A program made the translations under genes and the position numbers. DNA of 64,000 bases. It comes from Candidatus Villigracilis saccharophilus (lineage in GTDB: Bacteria > Chloroflexota > Anaerolineae > Anaerolineales > Villigracilaceae). The notes under the pieces were generated by a model. It saw nothing but the letters and a program-made list of their open reading frames with translations, was not told the origin of the DNA and made no database searches. Below, piece by piece: positions 48,658 to 59,803 of the stretch (position 1 is the first letter of the stretch; each line of letters begins with the position of its first letter). The stretch spans positions 3,840-67,839 of the forward strand of contig JADJNA010000053.1 of assembly GCA_016709305.1 (NCBI GenBank), in the 5' to 3' direction.

Positions 48658-50136
48658 TTATCCTTTTATCTTTTTGAAAACATGTTCAAGCGGGTCGATC
48701 CAATCCTCGCGGATCTTAACACGGAACTCCACTGCTTGTCCCTGCCCATCGCTGATGAAGGGAATCAGGCTTTCGCCCAGCACCGGGTCATCCCATTTGC
48801 ACAGAAACGTATCGTAATGCCAATGTTCCAGGGCGCCTGATAACGATTCGTCCGCCTGGAGTTGGATGTGAAGCCCGCTTCCTTTCAAACTGACCGTGGC
48901 TCCGCCCAAAATGAGACTATCGTACAGCCCTACATACTGCTCCAAAGCCAGCGATGGGTGAGTGTTATTGATACGCGAGCCTGCCTTTTGAATTTTTGCC
49001 TGTTCAACTTTTAGGTTTTCCTGCTGTTCAAGATCCATATAGATCTTGATCCAATCTTTGGGAGGCAGCCCCAACATCACTTCGGTTAGATAATGCGGCA
49101 CGATAATGTAGGCCGCATTGGGAAGTTTATTCGTAAGGACGGCAATACCGATCTTCTCTTCGGGGATCAATAATGTGATCGAGAGCATCCCGTTCACGCC
49201 GCCTGTGTGACGGACGGTGAGTCTGCCGTGGCTGTCATTGAGCATCCAGCCGAGCCCATAGGCAGAGAAATGCCGAGAGGGGAACAATTTCTTTTCCATG
49301 GCTCTCAGTTTCATGATCGTATGAGGCGTGCGCGTCTCATTGATGATCGCTGGATCGACGATCTGTTTTCCCCCGAGACTGCCATTGTTGATCTGCATTC
49401 TCAGCCACAGCGAAATATCCGCCGCTGAGGCACAGATAGAACCCGCCGCGCCGACATGAGTCTCCGCGTGCTGTGTCACGGTCTGCAGGTTTCCTTTAAT
49501 GTCTTCATGCGGTACTGCGATATTGGCACGCTCACCAAAATAACGCGCATTGGTCACGCTGTCGGTCATGCCCAGCGGTTCGAAGATGCGTTTTTGGATG
49601 AACTCGTCCCAGCTCATGCCGCTCACTTTTTCGATGATCAACCCGGCAGTAATGAACATGAGGTTGGAATAGCCGTACCCGGCCCGGAAACTGTAATCGG
49701 GTGGAATGTGCTGTATCCGCCGCACGATCTCTTCGGTCGAATAACTGCTGGATAGCAGAATATCGCCCGCCCAGGTGCCAAGGCCGCCGCGGTGGCACAA
49801 CAGGTCGCGAATGGTGATCATTTGTGCGGCGTGTAGATCATACAGTTTAAAGTCGGGAAGATATTTTGTAACAGGATCATCCCATGCAAGTTTTCCATCC
49901 TGAACCAGCAATCCCATTGCTGTTGTAGTGAACGGTTTTGTGTTCGACCCGATGGCGAATAAGGTATGTTCATCCACTTTGCCGGGCTTGCCGATCTCAC
50001 GGATGCCGTATCCCTTGGAGTGCAGCACCTGGTCGTCTTTGACGATGACCAATGCCAGTCCGGGGACATTCCATGCTTGCATGGCTTTGCCGATAAAGCC
50101 GTCTATTTCTTTTATGAGATCGATGGGCGTATCCAT
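48658..50136 (-). CDS. Serine hydrolase, beta-lactamase/AmpC family with C-terminal DUF3471-like domain
   Basis: F.IGSNTK (SxxK), LLCHRGGL, YSN, HTGG. Confidence 0.9.
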   Translation of the reverse strand: MDTPIDLIKEIDGFIGKAMQAWNVPGLALVIVKDDQVLHSKGYGIREIGKPGKVDEHTLFAIGSNTKPFTTTAMGLLVQDGKLAWDDPVTKYLPDFKLYDLHAAQMITIRDLLCHRGGLGTWAGDILLSSSYSTEEIVRRIQHIPPDYSFRAGYGYSNLMFITAGLIIEKVSGMSWDEFIQKRIFEPLGMTDSVTNARYFGERANIAVPHEDIKGNLQTVTQHAETHVGAAGSICASAADISLWLRMQINNGSLGGKQIVDPAIINETRTPHTIMKLRAMEKKLFPSRHFSAYGLGWMLNDSHGRLTVRHTGGVNGMLSITLLIPEEKIGIAVLTNKLPNAAYIIVPHYLTEVMLGLPPKDWIKIYMDLEQQENLKVEQAKIQKAGSRINNTHPSLALEQYVGLYDSLILGGATVSLKGSGLHIQLQADESLSGALEHWHYDTFLCKWDDPVLGESLIPFISDGQGQAVEFRVKIREDWIDPLEHVFKKIKG

Positions 50137-50147
50137 TTTAATGTTCC

Positions 50148-50882
50148 TTATTTTCGCAGGGCGCCCAGCGCCGCGCCGACGATCCCGGCTTCATTCAAGA
50201 GTTGTGCGGTCACAACGGGCGTTTCAATGGTCAGCAGGGGTAAATATTTTTCAGACTCTTTGCTGATACCGCCGCCAATGATAAAGAGGTTGGGCCAGAA
50301 TAGATTTTCCATCGCGCTTAAATATCTATTCAATCGTTTGGCGTATTTTTTCCAGGAAAGATCCTCACGCTGACGGGCCGCGTCAGAGGCGCGGAATTCG
50401 GCGTCTTCGCCATCCACTTCCAGGTGACCGAACTCGGTGTTGGGGAGCAGTTGTCCGCGGTGGAAGATCGCGGTGCCGATGCCGGTTCCCAACGTGATCA
50501 TGATGACCGTACCCGGCTGTCCGCGCCCGGCGCCGAAGGTCATTTCAGCCAGTCCCGCCGCGTCCGCGTCGTTGATCATGGTGCATTCACAGGCGGTGAC
50601 TTTGCTGAAAAGCGCATCGGCATTCGTACCAACCCATTTCTCCGAGACATTGGCAGCCATCAGCGCGACGCCGCCTTTGATCGGCGCGGGAAAGCCAATG
50701 CCAATGGGTCCGTTCCAATTGAAGGATTGGGCGATCTGCTTGACCACTTGCGCGATCGGTTCAGGCTCACCATCTTTTGGCGTCTTAATGCGGAGCCGCT
50801 CCGCGAGAAGCTGGCCTGTTTCTACATCTACCGGCGCGCCTTTGATGCCCGATCCGCCTACGTCAATTCCGAGAATTTGCAT
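50148..50882 (-). CDS. ppgK: Polyphosphate glucokinase (ROK family)
   Basis: [44 protein letters not shown]. Confidence 0.9.
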   Translation of the reverse strand: MQILGIDVGGSGIKGAPVDVETGQLLAERLRIKTPKDGEPEPIAQVVKQIAQSFNWNGPIGIGFPAPIKGGVALMAANVSEKWVGTNADALFSKVTACECTMINDADAAGLAEMTFGAGRGQPGTVIMITLGTGIGTAIFHRGQLLPNTEFGHLEVDGEDAEFRASDAARQREDLSWKKYAKRLNRYLSAMENLFWPNLFIIGGGISKESEKYLPLLTIETPVVTAQLLNEAGIVGAALGALRK

Positions 50883-50948
50883 ATTGGGTTCCTTTGGCTT
50901 TTGAAATTGATGGATTTAACCACATATAGCCGACCTGGACAATATGAA

Positions 50949-51809
50949 TTAATTCTTTACAACGGGAAAATTGGAAGACTCTGCACCCCATTCGCTCCAT
51001 GAGCCGTCGTAGACTGCGATCTTTGAATATCCCGCCAGCTCGCCCGCGAGCGCTGTGATGCAGGCGGTCACCCCAGAACCGCAGCTGAAGATCAGGTTTT
51101 GTTCCTTATCCACCAATTTAGAAAAAACGGAATCAAGTTCTGTGGGCGGCAAAACGAGCCCATCGACAACGACTTGAGCAAAAGGCAGGTTGAGCGAGCC
51201 GGGGATATGCCCGCTGCGCAGACCTGCGCGCGGCTCGGGCTCCACGCCGTGAAAGCGTCCTTCAGAACGCGCATCCAATATCGCATAACGCGGATCAGCC
51301 GTCGCCTCCAAAACGTGCGCTGAATCAACGAACAAACCGTTCAGCAGCTGTGATTCGAAATCACCGCGCTTATCAGCAGACAGTTCAACTTGCGAGCTGC
51401 AGGGAAGATCTGCTTTCTTCCATGCGGGCAGACCGCCATCCAAAACCGCCACCAGCTCATGTCCCATGGCGCGGAACATCCACCAGGCACGTGGACTGGA
51501 GTACACCCCGACATAATCATAAACAACGATCGCGCTGTCTTTATTGATTCCCAGCTTTTGCATTTCATGCGTGAAGAATTCCGGGGAAGGCATCATGTGG
51601 GGCAGGGTCGTATTGTGGTCGCAGATATGCTGGTCGAAATCGAATCGCCTTGCGCCTTTAATATAGGTGGGTTCTTCCTGTGGATCAGAACTTTGAACGG
51701 GCGTTACTGGTTTCATACTCGCGTCCAGGATGACAAGGTTTTCCGCTCCCAGATTCTCTGCGAGCCATTGGACAGAGACCAGCGATGAAGTAATCATAGC
51801 TTTAGACAT
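50949..51809 (-). CDS. sseA: Tandem-rhodanese sulfurtransferase (SseA/3-MST-like)
   Basis: RAWW, LDGG, DAR...RF.G..PEPR..GHIPG, CGSGVTAC, YDGSWSEW. Confidence 0.9.
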   Translation of the reverse strand: MSKAMITSSLVSVQWLAENLGAENLVILDASMKPVTPVQSSDPQEEPTYIKGARRFDFDQHICDHNTTLPHMMPSPEFFTHEMQKLGINKDSAIVVYDYVGVYSSPRAWWMFRAMGHELVAVLDGGLPAWKKADLPCSSQVELSADKRGDFESQLLNGLFVDSAHVLEATADPRYAILDARSEGRFHGVEPEPRAGLRSGHIPGSLNLPFAQVVVDGLVLPPTELDSVFSKLVDKEQNLIFSCGSGVTACITALAGELAGYSKIAVYDGSWSEWGAESSNFPVVKN

Positions 51810-51914
51810 AAGTTCACCTGTTTGATGATTTTCAAAAATTATACGACTTAAATAAAAAGGGCGGACTTCTTTGCAAAAGCCCGCCCTTCCAATCTCTATT
51901 TTTTAATTGCTGTT

Positions 51915-53093
51915 CTACCCATGCCTGCTCATGAACCGTTCCATGCGCCGCAGAGCTTCTTCGATCTTGCTGTACTCGGTCGCGTAACAAGCGCGGACAA
52001 AACCTTCTCCGCCGGGACCAAAAGCATTACCCGGTACCACAGCGACGCCCTCTTCTTTTAATAATGTTTCGGCAAAGGTCTCGTCGTCCATGCCGGAGGC
52101 TTTGATATTAGGGAAGGTATAAAAAGCGCCGCGTGGCTCAAAGGTCGAGAGCCCGAGGCGGTTGAGTCCGGAAACCAGCAATCTGCGGCGGCGGTCATAT
52201 TCGGCGACCATACTCTGAACGTGCGGTTCACCCGTCTTCAGGGCTTCGATCGCGGCGTCCTGGGCAGTCGTCGGCGCGGCCATGATCGTGTACTGATGAA
52301 TACGCACCATGCCTTGAATGATATCTGACGGTCCGCAGGCGTAGCCGATGCGCCAACCGGTCATGGCGTAGGCTTTGGAGAATCCACCCAGCAAAATCGT
52401 GCGGCGCTTCAGGCTTTCATCCAATGCGGGGAAACAGACATGCTCAAAGTCGTACACGAGGCGGTCATAGATCTCATCGGAGACAACGATCAGGTCATGT
52501 TGTTCCGCGATCCTTCCGATCTCCAGCATGACCTCGCGTGGAGCGACTGCGCCGGTCGGGTTGGACGGATAACCGATAAAAATAACCTTGGTGCGCGGGG
52601 TGATGGCCTTGCGAATATCATCCGGGTCAATGGTGAAATTGTTTTCAAGACGCGCAGGAATTTCAACAGGCACACCGCCCGCCAGAATCACTTCCGCCTG
52701 ATACGAAACAAAGCACGGGGTAGGGACGATCACCTCATCGCCCGGTTCAAGGATCGCGGTAAAGGTGAGATACAGCGCCTCTGAAACACCAACGGTCGCT
52801 ACCACTTCCGTAGCGGGATCATATTTAACGTTATAAAGTTTTTGTAAATTTTCCGCGATACCCTGACGCAGTTCCGCTTTGCCGTGATTGGATGTGTAAT
52901 GCGTCTCGCCATTTTGTAATGAACGGATGCCCGCATCGAGGATCGGCTTGGGTGTGGTGAAATCAGGTTCGCCAATACCCAAAGAGATCACATCCTTCAT
53001 CGTCGCGACAATATCAAAAAACTTGCGAATACCGCTGGGCTTTAGCCCGGCCACCCGTCTTGCGAGTCTTTGTACTTCACCAACTTCCTGCAT
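51915..53093 (-). CDS. Class I/II PLP aminotransferase
   Basis: ISLGIGEPDF, PSNPTG, SDEIY, GFSKAYAMTGWRIGY. Confidence 0.92.
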   Translation of the reverse strand: MQEVGEVQRLARRVAGLKPSGIRKFFDIVATMKDVISLGIGEPDFTTPKPILDAGIRSLQNGETHYTSNHGKAELRQGIAENLQKLYNVKYDPATEVVATVGVSEALYLTFTAILEPGDEVIVPTPCFVSYQAEVILAGGVPVEIPARLENNFTIDPDDIRKAITPRTKVIFIGYPSNPTGAVAPREVMLEIGRIAEQHDLIVVSDEIYDRLVYDFEHVCFPALDESLKRRTILLGGFSKAYAMTGWRIGYACGPSDIIQGMVRIHQYTIMAAPTTAQDAAIEALKTGEPHVQSMVAEYDRRRRLLVSGLNRLGLSTFEPRGAFYTFPNIKASGMDDETFAETLLKEEGVAVVPGNAFGPGGEGFVRACYATEYSKIEEALRRMERFMSRHG

Positions 53094-53101
53094 TGAGCCT
53101 C

Positions 53102-53311
53102 CTAAATGGGTTGAACGTGCCAATCATCTGAAACTTCCTGATATGTTAACTCAAAAGCTGAACCATCGGTCGTCTTTACACGGAACCCCTTTTCGCCGGG
53201 TCCGCGCCAGCGCGCCAGGATTTCTGCGATCTCATAACGGCTTCCCTGCCAGATCAACGACAATGGTCGTTCCGCATATTCGGTATCTGACCTGCACTCC
53301 ACTGTTTCCAT
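53102..53311 (-). CDS. Small conserved hypothetical protein
   Basis: 69-aa ORF in operon; ERP..W.G....I..W...FRV pattern. Confidence 0.6.
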   Translation of the reverse strand: METVECRSDTEYAERPLSLIWQGSRYEIAEILARWRGPGEKGFRVKTTDGSAFELTYQEVSDDWHVQPI

Positions 53312-53341
53312 GATTAAAAATAGGACAAGATACCCCTTGCC

Positions 53342-54361
53342 CTACAGAATGACCGAACTGGTATCGCTGATATTTAATTCCATGACCCGGCCATCGCCCC
53401 GCGCCTTGACCTTGGCCTGCCTGCCGATCAACGAGCGCCTCAGCGCCGCATCCTTGATTTCACAGTCAGCCTCGATAATACTTTCTGCGATCTGACTGTT
53501 CTCTATCTTGCAATTCGCTCCGATGGATGCGTATGGGCCGATGGTCGAATTGGTTATTTCTGCGGATGGATGGATGGCGACTGGCGGAATTACTTTTACA
53601 CCAGCATGTTGATACGTTGAAACATTGATGCGTTCCAAAAGGATTTTGTTCGTATCCAGTGTCGCCTCGATCGTGCCGGTATCCAGCCAGGTGCTGATCT
53701 CATTCGTGCGAACCTTCGCTCCATGTTCGATCATGACCGTGATCGTGTCTGTCAGGAAGTATTCGCCTTTGAGCATAATACCGCGCTCCATTTGCTCATC
53801 AATGGCGGCCAGAAGTTTTTCCGAGCTTTTGAAGTAATAACACCCAACCACCACAAGGTTATTATCCATACTTTGCGGCTTTTCCACGAAGCGGGCTACC
53901 CAGCCTTCATTATTCAACTCTGCCACCCCAAAACGGCGCGGATCTTCCACCGGCATCACCCAGGCGACACCGTCCGCTTCCTCTTTTGCAAGGAACGAAA
54001 AATCAGTTTCCATTAAAGTATCCGAAAAGCATACGATCATGGGACCATGTAAATGTTCACGAGCCAGCGCCAGCGCGTGCGACTGTCCCTTCATTTCATG
54101 CTGTACAACAAAATGAGCTTTAAGGTTTGGATAATATTCTTTGATAAATGGAGGGATCTGCATCTCACCCAAATACGGGCCGAGGATGAACACATATTCA
54201 GTATTTTCAGGATCGGGCAGAGTCTTGAACATATCCAGCAGGTGTTCCAGCGAGGTTTTACCTGCCACACTGACCAGCGGCTTGGGTTTGCTCCACGTGT
54301 GCGGGCGCATGCGGGTTCCCCAGCCCGCCATGGGAATAACGATTTTCAGGGATTCGGTCAA
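53342..54361 (-). CDS. Sugar-phosphate nucleotidyltransferase
   Basis: PMAGWGTRMRP.T..KPKPL, FGVA, FVEKP, WLDTG; C-terminal beta-helix repeats. Confidence 0.9.
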   Translation of the reverse strand: MTESLKIVIPMAGWGTRMRPHTWSKPKPLVSVAGKTSLEHLLDMFKTLPDPENTEYVFILGPYLGEMQIPPFIKEYYPNLKAHFVVQHEMKGQSHALALAREHLHGPMIVCFSDTLMETDFSFLAKEEADGVAWVMPVEDPRRFGVAELNNEGWVARFVEKPQSMDNNLVVVGCYYFKSSEKLLAAIDEQMERGIMLKGEYFLTDTITVMIEHGAKVRTNEISTWLDTGTIEATLDTNKILLERINVSTYQHAGVKVIPPVAIHPSAEITNSTIGPYASIGANCKIENSQIAESIIEADCEIKDAALRRSLIGRQAKVKARGDGRVMELNISDTSSVIL

Positions 54362-54525
54362 GAGTACGCTCCAGTGAAGGTTTTCACCAATATTTTACCA
54401 AAGCTGTGTTGGAAATTGTTTCTTTGGTTGGGAGATCAGGTTGTTAGTGTACCACTATCAATTTAGGGCGGACAAGCGGGGGGAAAATACGAATTGACCG
54501 CAATATCCAGTCCAGATAAAATCAC

Positions 54526-55542
54526 ATGATGAATTCACTTCAACGATTAAATAATCTGCTGCAAGGTAAACCTGTTGACAGGGTTCCCAACTTCGATATT
54601 TTTATGACCAGAGCGGCGCATCATATCGGTGTTCCTCTCTCGCAGTATTATCTCGATCACCGCGTATTGTGCCAGGCCAATCTTGCGGTCATGCAGGACT
54701 TTGAGCTTGATATCGTCCAGGCGATCTCCGACCCCTACCGTGAAGCCGCTGACATGGGTCTGGAAGTTGAATTCCCGCATGATAACCTGCCATTAAATCG
54801 GACTCCATTAATCGTGGAACCAGACGACTTGAAGAACATTCATTTCCCTGTCAAGGATTTTGGTCCGCGAATGACAGATCGCCTTGAAGGAATCCGCGCC
54901 ATGCATCAACAGGTGGGGGATGAAGTTCCGGTCATGGGCTGGGTGGAGGGGGCTTTGGCAGAAGCAGCCGATTTGCGCGGAGTCACGAATGTAATGAAGG
55001 ATCTTGTCAAGCGCCCTGCCTGGCTGAAGGATCTGCTTGAAAAATGCGCAGAAGTTGAGATCTCTTTCGCTTGCGCTCAAATCGAAGCCGGGGCGCACAT
55101 CATCGGACTGGGCGATGCGGTTGCCTCCTTGATCTCTCCGCGCATGTACCGTGAGTTCGCCCTGCCATACGAGCAACGCATCTTTGACGCCATCAAGGCA
55201 AAAGGCGGAATCCCGCGTTTACACATTTGCGGCAACACAACTCATTTACTCAAGGATATCGCGCAAAGCAGGGCGGAGATCGTGGATATTGACTCGCTGG
55301 TGGATATGTATCAGGCGGTTTCCACACTGGACGGAATGCTTGTCTGCGGCAACCTTAACCCGGTCTCGATCTTTTTACAGGGCACGACGGACCAGGTTCG
55401 TGAGGGGATCTTTGCGAATGCTTCCGCGGGAGCGCATTCATGGATCTCAGCGGGAGGTTGTGAAATTCCAGATCAAACCCCTGTAGAAAACCTTCATGCT
55501 CAGAGTCAGGCATTGCGCGAACTGGGGTGGCGGCCCGCATGA
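54526..55542 (+). CDS. Uroporphyrinogen decarboxylase-superfamily (MtaA/CmuA-like) protein
   Basis: SDPYREA, IGLGDA.AS, LHICG, GNLNP, GGCEIP. Confidence 0.8.
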   Translation: MMNSLQRLNNLLQGKPVDRVPNFDIFMTRAAHHIGVPLSQYYLDHRVLCQANLAVMQDFELDIVQAISDPYREAADMGLEVEFPHDNLPLNRTPLIVEPDDLKNIHFPVKDFGPRMTDRLEGIRAMHQQVGDEVPVMGWVEGALAEAADLRGVTNVMKDLVKRPAWLKDLLEKCAEVEISFACAQIEAGAHIIGLGDAVASLISPRMYREFALPYEQRIFDAIKAKGGIPRLHICGNTTHLLKDIAQSRAEIVDIDSLVDMYQAVSTLDGMLVCGNLNPVSIFLQGTTDQVREGIFANASAGAHSWISAGGCEIPDQTPVENLHAQSQALRELGWRPA

Positions 55543-57477
55543 ATCCTTACGAAAAGAAGAATATTAAACCGTATGCGTTTCAGTGGATGCGGGTTGGCGA
55601 AATCCGTCCTGGGGGATGGATGCGCGCTCAAATGCAACATGACCTGGAAGATGGATTTGTCGGTCATTTGGATGAGCTGGTCCCTGACTTAATCGTGAAC
55701 GATGATATTTATGGCGCAAACCGTTTGACCAAGGCTGTGCGTACAAAAGAATTGGGGGTGGTCTCTCAGGAAAAGGATTGGGAAGCGCAGTTCCTGTGGT
55801 GGAACAGCGAAACTCAATCCAATTGGCGTGACGGGCTGGTGCGCACCACTTTGCTTTTGGATCATCCAGACTATCTTCCCAGGGTCCGCGCCTATATCGA
55901 AAAAATTCTAGCCACACAGGATGCAGATGGGTATCTTGGAATTTACGCTCCCGACCTGCGATTTAATTTCGAAGGTGAGAATGGCGAACTCTGGGCGCAG
56001 GCTTCGCTCTTCCGCGTACTGCTTGGTTATTACGAAGCCGTTGGAGATGAACGGGTCTTGGAATCTGTCCGCCGCGCGGTGGACGTTACCATGCGGGCGT
56101 ATCCGCAAAACCGATCAAAACCATTTACAGTCAAGAACGATTATGCCGGGGTTTGTCACGGATTGGTTTTTACCGACGTGCTCGACCGGCTCTACCAGCT
56201 CACCGGGCAGGCAAGATACCTCGATTACGCCCTATGGCTGTATCAGGAATATAGCGAAAACCTGCTCAGCGCTGATGATATTCAATACAAAAATCTGATC
56301 GACCCATCCTATCGCTTCAAGGCGCACGGCGCTCACACCTTACGAGCATTTGCGATCTCTGTTGACAGCTGTTTATGCTTCAGGAAATCCATTGCTTGAA
56401 AAAGCACTTGAAGCATATCTGGTTAAATTGAATGTATGCCTGACTCCCAGCGGCGCTCCCATCGGCGATGAAATGATCGATGGACGACCGGCAGACGCCT
56501 CAGAAACCGGTTATGAATACTGTTCCATTCATGAACTGCTCGATTCCTATTCCAACCTGCTGCAAAAGACCGGCGGCCTACTATGGGCTGACCGCCTCGA
56601 GCGGCTCCTGTTCAACGCCGCACAAGGCGCGCGCCATCCGCGCGAAAGCGCCATCGCCTACTTAAAAACTGACAACTCTTTCTCAATGACCGGTACTCTG
56701 CATCCGCATGACATGGTTGATGAAAAGAATCCGCAGACCCGTTATAAATATTCTCCTGCGCATCAGGATGTCGCTGTGTGCTGTGTCCCCAATGCCGGGC
56801 GTATTTACCCTTACTATGTCAAGGCCATGTGGCTGCGCTCTTCGGACGGTTTGGTGGCAGCCTTGTATGGGGCGAGCGAGCTTGTGACCGAGCTCAATGG
56901 CGCAAGAGTACGTATCAAGGAAGAGACGAACTATCCTTTTGAGTTGCAGATAACTTTTATCATTAATGCCGAACCGCCCGTTGAATTCGAACTTGCTTTT
57001 CGCAAGCCGGCCTGGGCAACTGGGTTTGAATTAAATCATATGGCTGACTGGCGTGAAGAAAATGGGATGATAAAAGTAAAAAAGGTCTGGCAGCCTGAAC
57101 AGCAGATCACCATAAGCTTTAAAGCCGAGATTCAGATCAATCCCTTTTCTGAAAAAGAATATTTTCTAAGCCATGGTCCGCTGGTGTACGCGCTGCCATT
57201 GGAAGGCATTGAAACGGAAGGCAGGAAATATAATACAGAAGGGTTCCGTGATCTTTATTATTCCCCATTGGCTAATCTGGCTGATGATTGGCAGTTTATT
57301 CCCAACGAAGATTTTCACCTTGATGAAAGCATTCCTGGTCAAGTCCATGCCTGGGAAGCCCCCCCTGCACTGGCAGGGAATATGATGAATGTTTCCACGC
57401 ATAAGAAAACTCCCGTTCGACTGCTCCCAATCGGAAGCAGCATTTTGCGCAAGACCACTTTTAGAATGTTTGAATGA
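55539..57477 (+). CDS. Glycoside hydrolase family 127/146-like (frameshift near 56345)
   Basis: P.GW...Q, QDADGYLG, EYCS, ERLLFNA, CCVPN, ETNYPF; ATGA overlap with the upstream gene. Confidence 0.75.
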
Positions 57478-57552
57478 AGGATATGGTCCTGAATACACAT
57501 ACACCCTGCGTTTCTCAATACAGATAAATGCTATACTGCTTTTATATATCTA

Positions 57553-58314
57553 ATGAAAAAATTTCTGAAGATCATTCGCATTGTGTGGGTTACATTCGGA
57601 GTTCTATTCACGCTGTGGATGGCGAATTCTTTTCGCGCCAAGGGCTTTGACAGGTCTGCGCTTGAAAGTGATCAAAATATTACTGTTGAAGAGACCGATC
57701 AGTTCATCCTCTTTCAACCTAATGAGAATCAACAATCTACAGGTCTTATCTTCTTTCCCGGCGGACTGGTCGCAACGGAGGCGTATGCGCCAATGTCAAG
57801 AGCCATATCCGAGCAGGGGTATAACGTCTTCATCGTCAAACTTCCGTTCGGGTCTGCGCCGTTAAAATCACAGGAAACAAGTTTACAGAACCTGGCGCTT
57901 GAGATCCTGGATGCAAATAACTCGCTCCAGTATTGGGCCGTGGGCGGACATTCGCGCGGAGCGGCGATCGCTTCACGGTTTGCTCTCCTGCATGGAGATT
58001 CTTTCAATGGGCTCATTCTCATTGGGACAACCCATCCCAAAGAAGAGGCGTTCGATCTATCCGACTCAACCTTGGCTGTGACAAAGATCTATGCCTCAAA
58101 TGACGGACTGGCCGGCATGGATGAAGTCGAAGCCAATTCACATTATTTGCCAGAGGATACAAATTGGGTTTTGATAGACGGCGGGAATCATTCGCAGTTC
58201 GGTTATTACGGTTCCCAATTGGGGGATAACTCGGCAGCCATTAGCCGAGAAGTACAACAGAAACTAACAGTTGAAGCGGTTTTATCGGCGTTGAAAAGTA
58301 TTCAGGAAAGATAA
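57553..58314 (+). CDS. Alpha/beta hydrolase (Abhydrolase_5-like)
   Basis: FFPGGLV..AY, GHSRG, NDG, GGNHSQFG.YG. Confidence 0.85.
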   Translation: MKKFLKIIRIVWVTFGVLFTLWMANSFRAKGFDRSALESDQNITVEETDQFILFQPNENQQSTGLIFFPGGLVATEAYAPMSRAISEQGYNVFIVKLPFGSAPLKSQETSLQNLALEILDANNSLQYWAVGGHSRGAAIASRFALLHGDSFNGLILIGTTHPKEEAFDLSDSTLAVTKIYASNDGLAGMDEVEANSHYLPEDTNWVLIDGGNHSQFGYYGSQLGDNSAAISREVQQKLTVEAVLSALKSIQER

Positions 58315-58466
58315 TTAAGTTGATACACCAGCCCCTAACTTATTCGCCTTGATTCTGGAAAGGCGGTCGAAGGATAATGGGGTAACGGAATCGACAATTG
58401 TGAAAATCAAAAACTTGTTCTATAATCTCGAAAATTCGCTTATCGGTAGTCTTATTTCGAGGCAAG

Positions 58467-59294
58467 ATGAAATTAGAAGTTCATACGCCTGATTTCCCAT
58501 TAAATCAATTTGTCGATCATTTCATTTACTATGAAGGTTTCAACCCCGTTCATAGCATGGATCGATTCCTGCCCGATGGGAACGCGGAATTTATTATTGA
58601 GCTGACCGACAATACGAAACATATCTATGACAATGAAACCCTGATCGAACTTCAAACTTTCCGCCACGCCTGGGTCAGCGGGGTCAGAACCCAGCCGATC
58701 ACGATTCCATCCGGCAGGGACAGCCGAATGTTGATCGTGGCGTTTAAGCGGGGCAGGGCCCGGCCATTCTATGACTTTCCCATGAACGAGCTTGCGGACC
58801 TGGTCGTGGATGCCGATCTGGTGTTCGGTAAACGAATACGCGATCTACGGGAACAATTGCTCAATACGCCTTCCATTCATCAAATGTTTTCGCTGATCGA
58901 AAAATTTTTATTGCAGCAGTCGGGGGATTCGCTCCATGCAAATACTCCATCGAAATGCATTGAATATGCGGTTTCCAATATTGCGAACCAGCCAAACATT
59001 CTGGATTTGCAAAAACTTACCAGCCAGATAGGGTATTCTCAAAAGCACTTTATTGATCTGTTCAAGAAACAGGTCGGAGTAGTCCCAAAGCAGTATCTCA
59101 AGATCATGCGCTTCCAAAAAGCGATCCAGGAAATTGAAAACAACAAATCCATCCAGTGGAGCACCATCGCCGCGGAAAGCGGATTTTATGATCAGGCGCA
59201 TTTCATCGGCGATTTCAAGGTCTTTTCAGGCTTCACGCCCGGCGAGTACATGAAAAGAAAGGCGGCATCATTAAATTACATTCCCGTTGATTAA
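58467..59294 (+). CDS. AraC-family transcriptional regulator
   Basis: LPDG N-terminal domain; FKKQVG..PKQY..I.RF; GFYDQAHF..DFK.FSG.TP. Confidence 0.9.
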   Translation: MKLEVHTPDFPLNQFVDHFIYYEGFNPVHSMDRFLPDGNAEFIIELTDNTKHIYDNETLIELQTFRHAWVSGVRTQPITIPSGRDSRMLIVAFKRGRARPFYDFPMNELADLVVDADLVFGKRIRDLREQLLNTPSIHQMFSLIEKFLLQQSGDSLHANTPSKCIEYAVSNIANQPNILDLQKLTSQIGYSQKHFIDLFKKQVGVVPKQYLKIMRFQKAIQEIENNKSIQWSTIAAESGFYDQAHFIGDFKVFSGFTPGEYMKRKAASLNYIPVD

Positions 59295-59371
59295 TGTAAA
59301 TTTTTTCCAATACTCAAGCCTTCATTCCATATAAGATTGCCATACCCATCAAACCAATCAGGAGCAATCTC

Positions 59372-59779
59372 GTGGAAAACCTATATATTAACCATATCGC
59401 CGTTTTTGTTTGCGCAATTCTCAACCTCGCGCTGGGTGCGCTCTGGTACTCTCCCATTCTTTTTTATAAGGGCTGGTTGAGAGAAACAAAATTAACAGAA
59501 GAACAACTCGCCGAATCGAACCCTGTCAAAACCTATGGATTGGCGTTCCTTTTTGCGCTGATCATTTCGTACAATCTGGCTTTCTTCCTTGGCGATGCAA
59601 ATACCGATGCTGTCTGGGGAACTACAGCGGGGTTTCTGGCCGGTTTCGGCTGGTCCGCGCTTATCTTTGCCATTATCGCCTTGTTTGAGCAGCGATCCTG
59701 GAAGTACATATTTATCAATGGCGGTTACATCACCCTCTACTTTACCTTGATCGGTTTTATTCTTGGCATTTGGCGTTAG
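59372..59779 (+). CDS. DUF1761-like membrane protein
   Basis: LGALWYSP.LF...W; FEQRSWKY..INGGY. Confidence 0.75.
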   Translation: MENLYINHIAVFVCAILNLALGALWYSPILFYKGWLRETKLTEEQLAESNPVKTYGLAFLFALIISYNLAFFLGDANTDAVWGTTAGFLAGFGWSALIFAIIALFEQRSWKYIFINGGYITLYFTLIGFILGIWR

Positions 59780-59803
59780 AAAAAAATTAAAGGAGATGAT
59801 TCT

